Sequence record: NZ_CP110908.1
DNA from: a plasmid
Length of the DNA stretch: 64,000 nt
Strand: one strand, 5' to 3'
Below, piece after piece: positions 41,053 through 50,874 of this stretch (its first letter is position 1; each line of letters starts with the position of its first letter). The position numbers and the translations under genes were made by a program. The notes under the pieces were generated by a model. That model worked only from the letters and a program-made list of their open reading frames with translations, had not been told where the DNA came from and searched no databases.

Positions 41053-42287
41053 GCGAACGTCGATATAGCCCGCTCGCGACGCTGTTCGCGGCGACCTTTC
41101 TCTTCCGGATCGGCAACGCGGTGGCGGCCCTCGCGCTTCCATGGTTCGTCCTGTCTCATACAAAGAGCGCGGCCTGGGCGGGCGCCACGGCCGCTAGCAG
41201 CGTCATCGCGACCATCATCGGCGCGTGGGTTGGTGGTGGCCTCGTCGATCGGTTCGGGCGCGCGCCCGTCGCATTGATCTCGGGTGTGGTGGGCGGCGTG
41301 GCCATGGCGAGCATCCCACTGCTCGATGCCGTTGGCGCCCTCTCGAACACTGGGCTGATCGCTTGCGTGGTGCTCGGTGCCGCGTTCGACGCACCCGGTA
41401 TGGCCGCGCAGGACAGTGAGCTGCCCAAACTCGGCCACGTCGCCGGGCTCTCCGTTGAGCGCGTCTCGTCACTGAAAGCGGTGATCGGGAACGTCGCGAT
41501 TCTAGGTGGCCCGGCCCTTGGGGGGGCCGCAATCGGCCTGCTTGGCGCTGCGCCAACGCTCGGGCTGACGGCGTTCTGCTCCGTCCTTGCAGGTCTGCTC
41601 GGCGCGTGGGTGCTTCCCGCGCGTGCCGCTCGGACGATGACCACGACGGCGACTCTCTCCATGCGCGCCGGCGTCGCTTTTCTCTGGAGCGAACCCCTGC
41701 TGCGCCCTCTCTTTGGTATAGTGATGATCTTCGTGGGCATCGTTGGCGCCAACGGCAGCGTCATCATGCCTGCGCTGTTTGTAGATGCAGGACGCCAAGT
41801 AGCAGAGCTCGGGCTGTTCTCCTCAATGATGGGGGCTGGTGGTCTCCTTGGCATTGCCATTCATGCGTCGGTCGGCGCCCGGATATCAGCGCAGAACTGG
41901 CTGGCGGTGGCATTTTGTGGCTCTGCGGTGGGCTCGCTTCTGCTTTCACAGTTGCCAGGCGTGCCGGTGCTGATGTTGTTGGGCGCGCTCGTGGGACTGC
42001 TGACCGGCTCAGTCTCTCCCATTCTCAACGCTGCCATCTACAACCGCACGCCGCCAGAACTTCTCGGCCGGGTACTCGGCACGGTCTCGGCGGTGATGCT
42101 GTCAGCCTCGCCCATGGTTATGCTTGCGGCCGGCGCGTTTGTCGACCTTGCTGGTCCGCTCCCTGGCCTCGTTGTATCGGCCGTGTTTGCGGGGCTCGTG
42201 GCTCTACTCTCGCTCCGTCTTCAATTTGCTACAATGGCGGCGGCAGCCACAGCCTCCGCCCCAACCCATACAGAAGGTGAACACTGA
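41049..42287 (+). CDS. mrx: MFS-type membrane protein Mrx of the mph(A) operon
   Basis: 412 aa, 12-TM, GC-rich. Overlaps the mph(A) stop. Confidence 0.9.
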   Translation: MSERRYSPLATLFAATFLFRIGNAVAALALPWFVLSHTKSAAWAGATAASSVIATIIGAWVGGGLVDRFGRAPVALISGVVGGVAMASIPLLDAVGALSNTGLIACVVLGAAFDAPGMAAQDSELPKLGHVAGLSVERVSSLKAVIGNVAILGGPALGGAAIGLLGAAPTLGLTAFCSVLAGLLGAWVLPARAARTMTTTATLSMRAGVAFLWSEPLLRPLFGIVMIFVGIVGANGSVIMPALFVDAGRQVAELGLFSSMMGAGGLLGIAIHASVGARISAQNWLAVAFCGSAVGSLLLSQLPGVPVLMLLGALVGLLTGSVSPILNAAIYNRTPPELLGRVLGTVSAVMLSASPMVMLAAGAFVDLAGPLPGLVVSAVFAGLVALLSLRLQFATMAAAATASAPTHTEGEH

Positions 42288-42871
42288 TGCCCCGCCCCAA
42301 GCTCAAGTCCGATGACGAGGTACTCGAGGCCGCCACCGTAGTGCTGAAGCGTTGCGGTCCCATAGAGTTCACGCTCAGCGGAGTAGCAAAGGAGGTGGGG
42401 CTCTCCCGCGCAGCGTTAATCCAGCGCTTCACCAACCGCGATACGCTGCTGGTGAGGATGATGGAGCGCGGCGTCGAGCAGGTGCGGCATTACCTGAATG
42501 CGATACCGATAGGCGCAGGGCCGCAAGGGCTCTGGGAATTTTTGCAGGTGCTCGTTCGGAGCATGAACACTCGCAACGACTTCTCGGTGAACTATCTCAT
42601 CTCCTGGTACGAGCTCCAGGTGCCGGAGCTACGCACGCTTGCGATCCAGCGGAACCGCGCGGTGGTGGAGGGGATCCGCAAGCGACTGCCCCCAGGTGCT
42701 CCTGCGGCAGCTGAGTTGCTCCTGCACTCGGTCATCGCTGGCGCGACGATGCAGTGGGCCGTCGATCCGGATGGTGAGCTAGCTGATCATGTGCTGGCTC
42801 AGATCGCTGCCATCCTGTGTTTAATGTTTCCCGAACACGACGATTTCCAACTCCTCCAGGCACATGCGTAA
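42287..42871 (+). CDS. mphR(A): TetR-family repressor MphR(A)
   Basis: 194 aa with a TetR HTH (FTLSGVAKEVGLSRAALIQRFTNRDTLL). Confidence 0.9.
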   Translation: MPRPKLKSDDEVLEAATVVLKRCGPIEFTLSGVAKEVGLSRAALIQRFTNRDTLLVRMMERGVEQVRHYLNAIPIGAGPQGLWEFLQVLVRSMNTRNDFSVNYLISWYELQVPELRTLAIQRNRAVVEGIRKRLPPGAPAAAELLLHSVIAGATMQWAVDPDGELADHVLAQIAAILCLMFPEHDDFQLLQAHA

Positions 42872-43309
42872 ACGGAGGTGTGCAGAGTCCCTGCGGCAGG
42901 CGACGAACACGACCGTCGTCGATTAGTACCGGTACGGTCGGTGGTATCGAAGTCTTGATCACCACTCAGGTCTACGGCTTACAAATGGTGACCATCCCGA
43001 TACTTGCGTCAGAGCACCGGGCCGATTCTTTGACAGTGAATCACTCCCGTAAGGTTGTGCCGGTGTGGGTGTCCCGGGTCGAGACGATACTCCGCCAATG
43101 CGCCCAGCAAACAACCTGGCCATCGCAGGTGGTGGGGAGCGGTGTGGCGGATGAGTTGGACAAGTTGGTGTAGCAGCACGAGCACGGCGAGATAACATCG
43201 CAGGAGTTCGACATGCTCAAGAGACAGCTGATTGCGAATCGCGATGCAGATTCATAACCCGATTGCGGGTTGGCTTCACTCCACCATCACCGAGCAGACT
43301 AGCACGGCG

Positions 43310-44189
43310 GGCTCTGTTGCAAAGATTGGCGGCAGTCAGAGGTAGGCTGTCGCTCTGCGCCGATCAGGCGGCTGCTGCGAAATGGTGGTTGAGCATGCCC
43401 ATGGCCTCCGTCAGCGCCGAGGGCCCAATGCCAAAAGCTCTCTCCACAAGGCGCACCTCGCCCCTGATGCCGGGCTGCAGGCACCAGGGGCGAGCCTGTC
43501 CTTTGCGCAGGGCTCGCATGACTTCGAATCCCTTGATCGTGGCATAGGCCGTGGGGATCGATTTGAAACCGCGCACCGGCTTGATCAGTATCTTGAGCTT
43601 TCCGTGATCGGCCTCGATCACGTTATTGAGATACTTCACCTGCCGGTGGGCCGTCTCCCGGTCCAGCTTTCCTTCGCGCTTCAATTCGGTGATCGCTGCA
43701 CCATAGCTCGGCGCTTTGTCGGTATTGAGCGTGGCAGGCTTTTCCCAGTGCTTCAGGCCTCGCAGGGCCTTGCCCAGGAACCGCTTCGCTGCCTTGGCGC
43801 TGCGGGTCGGCGACAGGTAGAAATCGATCGTGTCGCCCCGCTTGTCGACTGCCCGGTACAGGTAGGTCCACTTGCCCCGCACCTTGACGTAGGTTTCATC
43901 CAGGCGCCAGCTCGGATCAAAGCCACGCCGCCAGAACCAGCGCAGCCGCTTCTCCATCTCCGGGGCGTAGCACTGGACCCAGCGATAGATCGTCGTATGG
44001 TCGACCGAAATGCCGCGTTCCGCCAGCATTTCCTCAAGGTCGCGATAGCTGATCGGATAGCGACAATACCAGCGCACCGCCCACAGGATCACATCACCCT
44101 GGAAATGGCGCCACTTGAAATCCGTCATCGTTCCGTCCGTCCAATCTCCGCCAAGCATGCTCAAGCTTCACGATTTTTGCAACAGAGCC
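43310..44189 (-). mobile_element. IS6100 (880 bp, IS6 family)
   Basis: The IRs GGCTCTGTTGCAAA are at 43310 and (complement) 44176-44189, exactly 880 bp apart. The transposase is IS6100-type. Confidence 0.95.
43364..44128 (-). CDS. IS6100 transposase
   Basis: MTDFKWRHFQGDVILWAVRWYCRYPISYRDLEEMLAERGISVDHTTIYRWVQ... The ORF track extends 12 codons upstream. Confidence 0.9.
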   Translation of the reverse strand: MTDFKWRHFQGDVILWAVRWYCRYPISYRDLEEMLAERGISVDHTTIYRWVQCYAPEMEKRLRWFWRRGFDPSWRLDETYVKVRGKWTYLYRAVDKRGDTIDFYLSPTRSAKAAKRFLGKALRGLKHWEKPATLNTDKAPSYGAAITELKREGKLDRETAHRQVKYLNNVIEADHGKLKILIKPVRGFKSIPTAYATIKGFEVMRALRKGQARPWCLQPGIRGEVRLVERAFGIGPSALTEAMGMLNHHFAAAA

Positions 44190-44354
44190 CACACGAGTAT
44201 TGAGCATAGTCGAGATTGGTGCAGATCACTTCTGATATTGAACTGTCAGGAGCTGGCTGCACAACAGCCATTACGCCCAATCAACTGGTGCAGTCGTCTT
44301 CTGAAAATGACAATCCAGTTAGGGTATAGCTCAACCTGACATAGAAGCAAAAAC

Positions 44355-44660
44355 TCAACCACCTTCTACCAACTCTCCGAACAGCTCCTTGACCTTTGTT
44401 TTCGCATCAGCAAGTGCAGTTCTGCCTTGTTCAGTGATGTCATAAACACGCCGTTCACGTCGCCCGGTGCGTTCGTGGCGTGAGGTCAGATAGCCTTTTT
44501 TTTCCAGGCCGTGCAGCATCGGGTACACGGTGCCAGCGCTCATCTCGTAGCCGTGTCGGCGTAGCTCTTCGATGATCCCCAGCCCAAAGACAGGTTCCTC
44601 GGCTGCATGGTGAAGGATGTGCAGGCGGATCAAACCGCCGTAGAGGTCTTTGTCAGTCAT
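44355..44660 (-). CDS. padR: PadR-family transcriptional regulator (orf98) associated with chrA
   Basis: 101 aa with a PadR winged helix (LIRLHILHHAAEEPVFGLGIIEELRRHGYEMSAGTVYPMLHGLEKKGYL). Confidence 0.8.
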   Translation of the reverse strand: MTDKDLYGGLIRLHILHHAAEEPVFGLGIIEELRRHGYEMSAGTVYPMLHGLEKKGYLTSRHERTGRRERRVYDITEQGRTALADAKTKVKELFGELVEGG

Positions 44661-44670
44661 TTTTTGTGCC

Positions 44671-45876
44671 TCACAGAGCGACGCTCAACAGCCACCCAGC
44701 TGCACCGCTACCGAGGACAACCAGCCACGGCGGGAGCTTCCAGAACATAAGTGCGACAAGGGCAACTAATGCCAAGCCGAAGTCTTGCGGCTGAAAGATG
44801 GCGCTAGTCCATACAGGCTGATACAGCGCGGCCAGCAGCAAGCCGACTACAGCGGCATTGATCCCGGCCAGCGCAGCTTGGATGCCTGTATTGCGGCGCA
44901 AACGCTCCCAAAATGGCATTGATCCGACGACCAGCAAGAACGAGGGCGCGAAGATAGCCAGCAGACACACAATGCCGCCGATCCAGCCCGACGGGGCGGT
45001 GTTCATCGAGGCACCAAGAAACGCGGCGAACGTGAACAAAGGGCCGGGCACCGCTTGAGCTGCCCCGTACCCCGCGAGAAAGGATTCATTGTTGACCCAG
45101 CCGGAGGGCACCACTTCGGCTTGCAGTAATGGCAGCACAACGTGACCACCGCCGAACACCAGTGATCCGACACGATAGAAGGAATCCACCATTGCCATGG
45201 TTTGACTTGGCATCAGTTCGGCCAACACCGGCAGGCCAATCAGCAAGACAAAGAACAGCGAGAGCCAAAGCACGCCGGCCCGGTGACTGACCGTGATAGG
45301 TAGGGGGTCATGCTCAACAACTTTCGCTGGCTTGAACAATAACCGGCCTGCGATGCCTGCGATAGCAATCACGCCAACCTGTCCCCACGCGGACGGCACA
45401 AGTAAAACGACGCAGGTAGCAATTGCCATGATGGTGACTCGCAGCCCATCCGTGCATAGGTTACGCGCCATGCCCCATACTGCTTGAGCGACCACGGCCA
45501 CAGCCACCACTTTTAAGCCATGCAACGCGCCCTGCGAGACGTAATCGCCATAGCTGGAGATGCCGAGCGCAAAAAGGATCAAGGCTATGGCAGACGGCAG
45601 CGTGAAGCCAGCCCAAGCAGCCAGCGCCCCGCTGTATCCAGCCCGAGACAGTCCTACCGCTATGCCGACCTGGCTGCTTGCAGGCCCTGGCAAGAACTGA
45701 CAAAGCGCGACCAAGTCAGCATAGCTCCGTTCGGAGAGCCAGCGCCGCCGTGTGACAAATTCGGCGCGGAAGTAGCCCAAGTGCGCAATGGGGCCGCCAA
45801 AAGATGTCAATCCAAGCCGCAGAAAAATAAGAAAGACCGACCATGGTCTGCTGTCATCGGTAGGGTTATTCGTCAT
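44671..45876 (-). CDS. chrA: Chromate ion transporter ChrA
   Basis: 401 aa, CHR family duplicated 6-TM architecture (FLRLGLTSFGGPIAHLGYFRAEFV...). Confidence 0.9.
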   Translation of the reverse strand: MTNNPTDDSRPWSVFLIFLRLGLTSFGGPIAHLGYFRAEFVTRRRWLSERSYADLVALCQFLPGPASSQVGIAVGLSRAGYSGALAAWAGFTLPSAIALILFALGISSYGDYVSQGALHGLKVVAVAVVAQAVWGMARNLCTDGLRVTIMAIATCVVLLVPSAWGQVGVIAIAGIAGRLLFKPAKVVEHDPLPITVSHRAGVLWLSLFFVLLIGLPVLAELMPSQTMAMVDSFYRVGSLVFGGGHVVLPLLQAEVVPSGWVNNESFLAGYGAAQAVPGPLFTFAAFLGASMNTAPSGWIGGIVCLLAIFAPSFLLVVGSMPFWERLRRNTGIQAALAGINAAVVGLLLAALYQPVWTSAIFQPQDFGLALVALVALMFWKLPPWLVVLGSGAAGWLLSVAL

Positions 45877-46037
45877 ACTTTCGCCTTCATGATCTGCAAC
45901 GAGTTGATCAATAATAAGCGAAATTCGATAACGAAATTCGATATAAATCTAGAAAAAAATACCTCTATGTGTACTACGCAGTTTTAGCTGTGGCTTTCAC
46001 AGGAGCACGCTTACTTACGGCTTAGCGTGCTTTATTT

Positions 46038-47363
46038 AATGAGATGGTCACTCCCTCCTTCCCGGTACTATGCTGAGGACAGGCTTTCATTCGGAGAACT
46101 ATCATGGAAAACATTGCGCTCATTGGTATCGATCTGGGTAAAAACTCTTTCCATATTCATTGCCAGGATCGTCGCGGGAAGGCTGTTTACCGTAAAAAAT
46201 TTACCCGGCCAAAGTTGATCGAATTTTTGGCGACATGCCCCGCTACAACCATCGCAATGGAAGCCTGTGGCGGTTCTCACTTTATGGCACGCAAGTTGGA
46301 AGAGTTGGGGCATTCCCCAAAGCTGATATCACCACAATTTGTCCGCCCGTTCGTTAAAAGCAATAAAAACGACTTTGTCGACGCCGAAGCTATTTGTGAA
46401 GCTGCATCGCGTCCGTCTATGCGTTTTGTGCAGCCCAGAACGGAATCTCAGCAGGCAATGCGGGCTCTGCATCGTGTCCGTGAATCCCTGGTTCAGGATA
46501 AGGTAAAAACAACCAATCAAATGCATGCTTTTCTGCTGGAATTTGGCATTAGCGTTCCCCGAGGAGCTGCCGTTATTAGCCGACTGAGTACCCTTCTTGA
46601 GGACAATAGTTTGCCTCTTTACCTCAGCCAGTTATTGCTGAAATTACAACAGCATTATCACTATCTTGTTGAGCAGATTAAAGATTTGGAATCCCAGTTG
46701 AAACGAAAGTTGGACGAAGATGAGGTTGGACAGCGCTTGCTGAGCATTCCCTGCGTCGGAACACTGACAGCGAGTACTATTTCAACTGAGATTGGCGACG
46801 GGAAGCAGTACGCCAGCAGCCGTGACTTTGCGGCGGCAACAGGGCTTGTACCTCGGCAGTACAGCACGGGAGGTAGGACGACATTGCTGGGAATTAGTAA
46901 GCGAGGTAATAAAAAGATCCGAACTTTGTTGGTTCAATGTGCCAGGGTATTCATACAAAAACTGGAACACCAGTCTGGCAAATTGGCCGATTGGGTCAGG
47001 GATTTACTGTGCCGGAAAAGCAACTTTGTCGTCACTTGTGCTCTGGCAAATAAGCTGGCCAGAATAGCCTGGGCCCTAACGGCACGACAGCAAACTTATG
47101 TAGCATAACGGCAGAAATACACCGGTTTAAAGAATTACTGATCTGGTTTTGCGAATACTGATATTGATGATACTAACGGCCCACCGGCCTGTTGAGGAAC
47201 CTGTAAAACGGAAAGGCTCATTGAAGCCGTATATTTTCTGGAGGTTCATCAGGCGCGGAACTCATCAAGGCGCGGGAATAAAATCCCATTCAGACGCCGG
47301 ATAGATTCAAGCAAGCCAACTTGTCGTCAAAATCGGTGTTGCAAAAACGGGAGTGACCATAGA
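46038..47363 (+). mobile_element. IS5075/IS4321-like IS110-family element inserted site-specifically in a Tn21-family 38-bp IR
   Basis: Split halves of a Tn21-type IR flank it: CTTAGCGTGCTTTATTT at 46021-46037 and TTCCGTTTTCTGAG at 47364-47377. The span of about 1326 bp matches IS4321/IS5075. No terminal IRs of its own are seen, as expected for IS110 family. Confidence 0.8.
46104..47108 (+). CDS. IS110-family transposase (IS5075/IS4321 type)
   Basis: 334 aa with the DEDD N-terminal domain (MENIALIGIDLGKNSFHIH) and a C-terminal Transposase_20 region (CVGTLTASTISTEIGD). Confidence 0.85.
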   Translation: MENIALIGIDLGKNSFHIHCQDRRGKAVYRKKFTRPKLIEFLATCPATTIAMEACGGSHFMARKLEELGHSPKLISPQFVRPFVKSNKNDFVDAEAICEAASRPSMRFVQPRTESQQAMRALHRVRESLVQDKVKTTNQMHAFLLEFGISVPRGAAVISRLSTLLEDNSLPLYLSQLLLKLQQHYHYLVEQIKDLESQLKRKLDEDEVGQRLLSIPCVGTLTASTISTEIGDGKQYASSRDFAAATGLVPRQYSTGGRTTLLGISKRGNKKIRTLLVQCARVFIQKLEHQSGKLADWVRDLLCRKSNFVVTCALANKLARIAWALTARQQTYVA

Positions 47364-47377
47364 TTCCGTTTTCTGAG

Positions 47378-47562
47378 GCGATCCCTAGGAGCTCGGATCT
47401 CAGGACGAAGGTCTCCGCGAATGTCCGGTCGATCCGCGCGACGTCCCAGGCGGGCGTTCCCTTGGCGGACATCCACGCCGCAGCGTCGTGCATCAGCCGC
47501 ACAACCTCGTCGATATCACCCGAGCAGGCGACCCGAACGTTCGGAGGCTCCTCGCTGTCCAT
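47378..47562 (-). pseudogene. orf5: 3'-conserved-segment orf5 (GNAT-like), truncated; only the 5' ~62 codons remain
   Basis: MDSEEPPNVRVACSGDIDEVVRLMHDAAAWMSAKGTPAWDVARIDRTFAETFVLRSELL matches orf5 of class 1 integron 3'-CS. The frame then diverges into Tn21-type IR sequence. Confidence 0.75.
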
Positions 47563-47689
47563 TCGCTCCCCTGGCGCGGTATGAACCGCCGCCTCATAGT
47601 GCAGTTTGATCCTGACGAGCCCAGCATGTCTGCGCCCACCTTCGCGGAACCTGACCAGGGTCCGCTAGCGGGCGGCCGGAAGGTGAATG

Positions 47690-48529
47690 CTAGGCATGAT
47701 CTAACCCTCGGTCTCTGGCGTCGCGACTGCGAAATTTCGCGAGGGTTTCCGAGAAGGTGATTGCGCTTCGCAGATCTCCAGGCGCGTGGGTGCGGACGTA
47801 GTCAGCGCCATTGCCGATCGCGTGAAGTTCCGCCGCAAGGCTCGCTGGACCCAGATCCTTTACAGGAAGGCCAACGGTGGCGCCCAAGAAGGATTTCCGC
47901 GACACCGAGACCAATAGCGGAAGCCCCAACGCCGACTTCAGCTTTTGAAGGTTCGACAGCACGTGCAGCGATGTTTCCGGTGCGGGGCTCAAGAAAAATC
48001 CCATCCCCGGATCGAGGATGAGCCGGTCGGCAGCGACCCCGCTCCGTCGCAAGGCGGAAACCCGCGCCTCGAAGAACCGCACAATCTCGTCGAGCGCGTC
48101 TTCGGGTCGAAGGTGACCGGTGCGGGTGGCGATGCCATCCCGCTGCGCTGAGTGCATAACCACCAGCCTGCAGTCCGCCTCAGCAATATCGGGATAGAGC
48201 GCAGGGTCAGGAAATCCTTGGATATCGTTCAGGTAGCCCACGCCGCGCTTGAGCGCATAGCGCTGGGTTTCCGGTTGGAAGCTGTCGATTGAAACACGGT
48301 GCATCTGATCGGACAGGGCGTCTAAGAGCGGCGCAATACGTCTGATCTCATCGGCCGGCGATACAGGCCTCGCGTCCGGATGGCTGGCGGCCGGTCCGAC
48401 ATCCACGACGTCTGATCCGACTCGCAGCATTTCGATCGCCGCGGTGACAGCGCCGGCGGGGTCTAGCCGCCGGCTCTCATCGAAGAAGGAGTCCTCGGTG
48501 AGATTCAGAATGCCGAACACCGTCACCAT
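47690..48529 (-). CDS. sul1: Sulfonamide-resistant dihydropteroate synthase Sul1
   Basis: 279 aa from [35 protein letters not shown]... The ORF track is extended upstream in frame. Overlaps qacEdelta1 as in the 3'-CS. Confidence 0.95.
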   Translation of the reverse strand: MVTVFGILNLTEDSFFDESRRLDPAGAVTAAIEMLRVGSDVVDVGPAASHPDARPVSPADEIRRIAPLLDALSDQMHRVSIDSFQPETQRYALKRGVGYLNDIQGFPDPALYPDIAEADCRLVVMHSAQRDGIATRTGHLRPEDALDEIVRFFEARVSALRRSGVAADRLILDPGMGFFLSPAPETSLHVLSNLQKLKSALGLPLLVSVSRKSFLGATVGLPVKDLGPASLAAELHAIGNGADYVRTHAPGDLRSAITFSETLAKFRSRDARDRGLDHA

Positions 48530-48870
48530 GGCGTCGGCCTCCGCAGCGACTTCCACGATGGGGATCGGGCGAGCAAAAAGGCAGCAATTATGAGCCCCAT
48601 ACCTACAAAGCCCCACGCATCAAGCTTTTGCCCATGAAGCAACCAGGCAATGGCTGTAATTATGACGACGCCGAGTCCCGACCAGACTGCATAAGCAACA
48701 CCGACAGGGATGGATTTCAGAACCAGAGAAAGAAAATAAAATGCGATGCCATAACCGATTATGACAACGGCGGAAGGGGCAAGCTTAGTAAAGCCCTCGC
48801 TAGATTTTAATGCGGATGTTGCGATTACTTCGCCAACTATTGCGATAACAAGAAAAAGCCAGCCTTTCAT
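48523..48870 (-). CDS. qacEdelta1: Truncated SMR efflux protein QacEdelta1
   Basis: 115 aa, [41 protein letters not shown]... Confidence 0.95.
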   Translation of the reverse strand: MKGWLFLVIAIVGEVIATSALKSSEGFTKLAPSAVVIIGYGIAFYFLSLVLKSIPVGVAYAVWSGLGVVIITAIAWLLHGQKLDAWGFVGMGLIIAAFLLARSPSWKSLRRPTPW

Positions 48871-49033
48871 GATATATCTCCCAATTTGTGTAGGGCTTAT
48901 TATGCACGCTTAAAAATAATAAAAGCAGACTTGACCTGATAGTTTGGCTGTGAGCAATTATGTGCTTAGTGCATCTAACGCCGGAGTTAAGCCGCCGCGC
49001 GTAGCGCGGTCGGCTTGAACGAATTGTTAGACA

Positions 49034-49825
49034 TCATTTACCAACTGACTTGATGATCTCGCCTTTCACAAAGCGAATAAATTCTTCCAAGTGATCTGCG
49101 CGTGAGGCCAAGTGATCTTCTTTTTGTCCCAGATAAGCTTGCTTAGCTTCAAGTAAGACGGGCTGATACTGGGCAGGTAGGCGTTTTATTGCCCAGTCGG
49201 CAGCGACATCCTTCGGCGCGATTTTGCCGGTTATTGCGCTGTACCAAATGCGGGACAACGTAAGCACTACATTTCGCTCATCGCCGGCCCAGTCGGGCTG
49301 CGAGTTCCATAGCTTCAAGGTTTCCCTCAGCGCCTCGAATAGATCCTGTTCAGGAACCGGGTCAAAGAATTCCTCCGCTGCCGGACCTACCAAGGCAACG
49401 CTATGTTCTCTTGCTTTTGTAAGCAGGATAGCTAGATCAATGTCGATCATGGCTGGCTCGAAGATACCCGCAAGAATGTCATTGCGCTGCCATTCTCCAA
49501 ATTGCAGCTCGCGCTTAGCCGGATAACGCCACGGGATGATGTCGTCATGCACGACAAGGGTGACTTCTATAGCGCGGAGCGTCTCGCTCTCGCCAGGGAA
49601 AGCCGAAGCCTCCATAAGATCATTGAGCAATGCTCGCCGCGTCGTTTCATCAAGCTTTACGGCCACAGTAACCAACAAATCAATATCGCTGTATGGCTTC
49701 AGGCCGCCATCCACTGCGGAGCCGTACAAATGCACGGCCAGCAACGTTGATTCCAGATGGCGCTCAATGACGCTTAGCACCTCTGATAGTTGGTTCGAAA
49801 TTTCGATGGTCACCGCTTCCCTCAT
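49034..49825 (-). CDS. aadA2: Aminoglycoside (3'')(9) adenylyltransferase AadA2-type (streptomycin/spectinomycin resistance)
   Basis: 263 aa, MREAVTIEISNQLSEVLSVIERHLESTLLAVHLYGSAVDGGLKPYSDIDLLVTV... This is the aadA2 allele as recalled; an attC follows (48960-49033, gcctaacaattcgttcaagccgac...). Confidence 0.9.
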   Translation of the reverse strand: MREAVTIEISNQLSEVLSVIERHLESTLLAVHLYGSAVDGGLKPYSDIDLLVTVAVKLDETTRRALLNDLMEASAFPGESETLRAIEVTLVVHDDIIPWRYPAKRELQFGEWQRNDILAGIFEPAMIDIDLAILLTKAREHSVALVGPAAEEFFDPVPEQDLFEALRETLKLWNSQPDWAGDERNVVLTLSRIWYSAITGKIAPKDVAADWAIKRLPAQYQPVLLEAKQAYLGQKEDHLASRADHLEEFIRFVKGEIIKSVGK

Positions 49826-49830
49826 GATGT

Positions 49831-50121
49831 CTAACGGGCGAGGTAAGCCGACCGCAGAATGCGGGTCGGCTTGACCGAAATGTTAGAACCAGAAGCCAAA
49901 ACGGATAACTTGAATTTGGCGACGGGCGCTAACCGTGAAAAAACGCTGCGCCACCGAGGCGGCACAGCACTGCAAAAACGATAGCTGCTTGCGCTTGCTA
50001 CGCAAGGGCTAGAGGCCAAAAAGACTGAAAACCTGCGCAGCCCATGCAGGCGAAGCCCGGAAAAAAGGCAAAACAGGCACTGAATAACGCCTGAAAAGCT
50101 AAATGCCGTTTGAATAAACAT
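49831..50121 (-). CDS. gcuF: Gene cassette ORF of unknown function (gcuF/orfF) between dfrA12 and aadA2
   Basis: 96-aa ORF in the position of the orfF cassette of the dfrA12-orfF-aadA2 array. Assigned by context only; the sequence is not independently recognisable. Confidence 0.5.
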   Translation of the reverse strand: MFIQTAFSFSGVIQCLFCLFSGLRLHGLRRFSVFLASSPCVASASSYRFCSAVPPRWRSVFSRLAPVAKFKLSVLASGSNISVKPTRILRSAYLAR

Positions 50122-50232
50122 GAGCTAAATAAAGCTGGGTTTCAGTGGTGCTAACGTTGGACGTAACGAGAGCCGGAGCGCAGCGGAGGGAACCAAAATG
50201 CGCAGCATTTTGGCGTCCCGTTGACGGAATGG

Positions 50233-50730
50233 TTAGCCGTTTCGACGCGCATAAACGGAGTGGGTGTACGGAATTACAGCTTGAATGGTTTCGGTTGAGA
50301 CAAGCTCGAATTCTGTTTCGTTGAGCATTGGGAAGAAGGCGTCACCCTTGAAGGTTTGATGTACCTCAGATAGAAACACGCCGTGGGCGTGAGGTAGTGC
50401 CAGAGTGTATATCTCAGCTCCGCCCGCGACGTAGAGTTCATTGCCGAGTTCGGATGCCAAAGCGATAGCGTGCGACAGCGTTGAAACAACTACGCAGCCA
50501 GTGGCGCGGTAGTTAGCTTGGCGTGAGATTACCAATGTGTGACGGTTCGGTAGAGGCTTGCCGATAGACTCAAAGGTCTTTCGCCCCATGACAACGACTT
50601 TTCCCTCAGTGAGTCTGCGAAAAATCTTCTGCTCACCCGGAATTTTCCAGGGGATATTAGGACCATTGCCAATAACCCGATTGGCTCCCATCGCAGCAAC
50701 GAGATAAATGCGTACTGATTCCGAGTTCAT
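50233..50730 (-). CDS. dfrA12: Trimethoprim-resistant dihydrofolate reductase DfrA12
   Basis: 165 aa, MNSESVRIYLVAAMGANRVIGNGPNIPWKIPGEQKIFRRLTEGKVVVMGRKTFESIGKPLPNRHTL... Confidence 0.9.
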   Translation of the reverse strand: MNSESVRIYLVAAMGANRVIGNGPNIPWKIPGEQKIFRRLTEGKVVVMGRKTFESIGKPLPNRHTLVISRQANYRATGCVVVSTLSHAIALASELGNELYVAGGAEIYTLALPHAHGVFLSEVHQTFKGDAFFPMLNETEFELVSTETIQAVIPYTHSVYARRNG

Positions 50731-50874
50731 ATGGCTAACTTTGTTTTAGGGCGACTGCCCTGCTGCGTAACATCGTTGCTGCTCCATAACATCAAACATC
50801 GACCCACGGCGTAACGCGCTTGCTGCTTGGATGCCCGAGGCATAGACTGTACAAAAAAACAGTCATAACAAGCC
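50731..50874. promoter_or_regulatory. attI1 recombination site plus the intI1 5' region of the class 1 integron (the Pc cassette promoter lies just inside intI1)
   Basis: Standard integron topology: divergent intI1 and first cassette. Not verified base by base. Confidence 0.5.

Noticed and set aside
40126-41860. Long minus-strand ORFs (345 aa and 234 aa) overlapping mph(A) and mrx
   Set aside because: They are antisense to two well-characterised, full-length resistance genes in high-GC DNA. Their low-complexity Arg/Pro/Gly-rich translations are typical of spurious ORFs.
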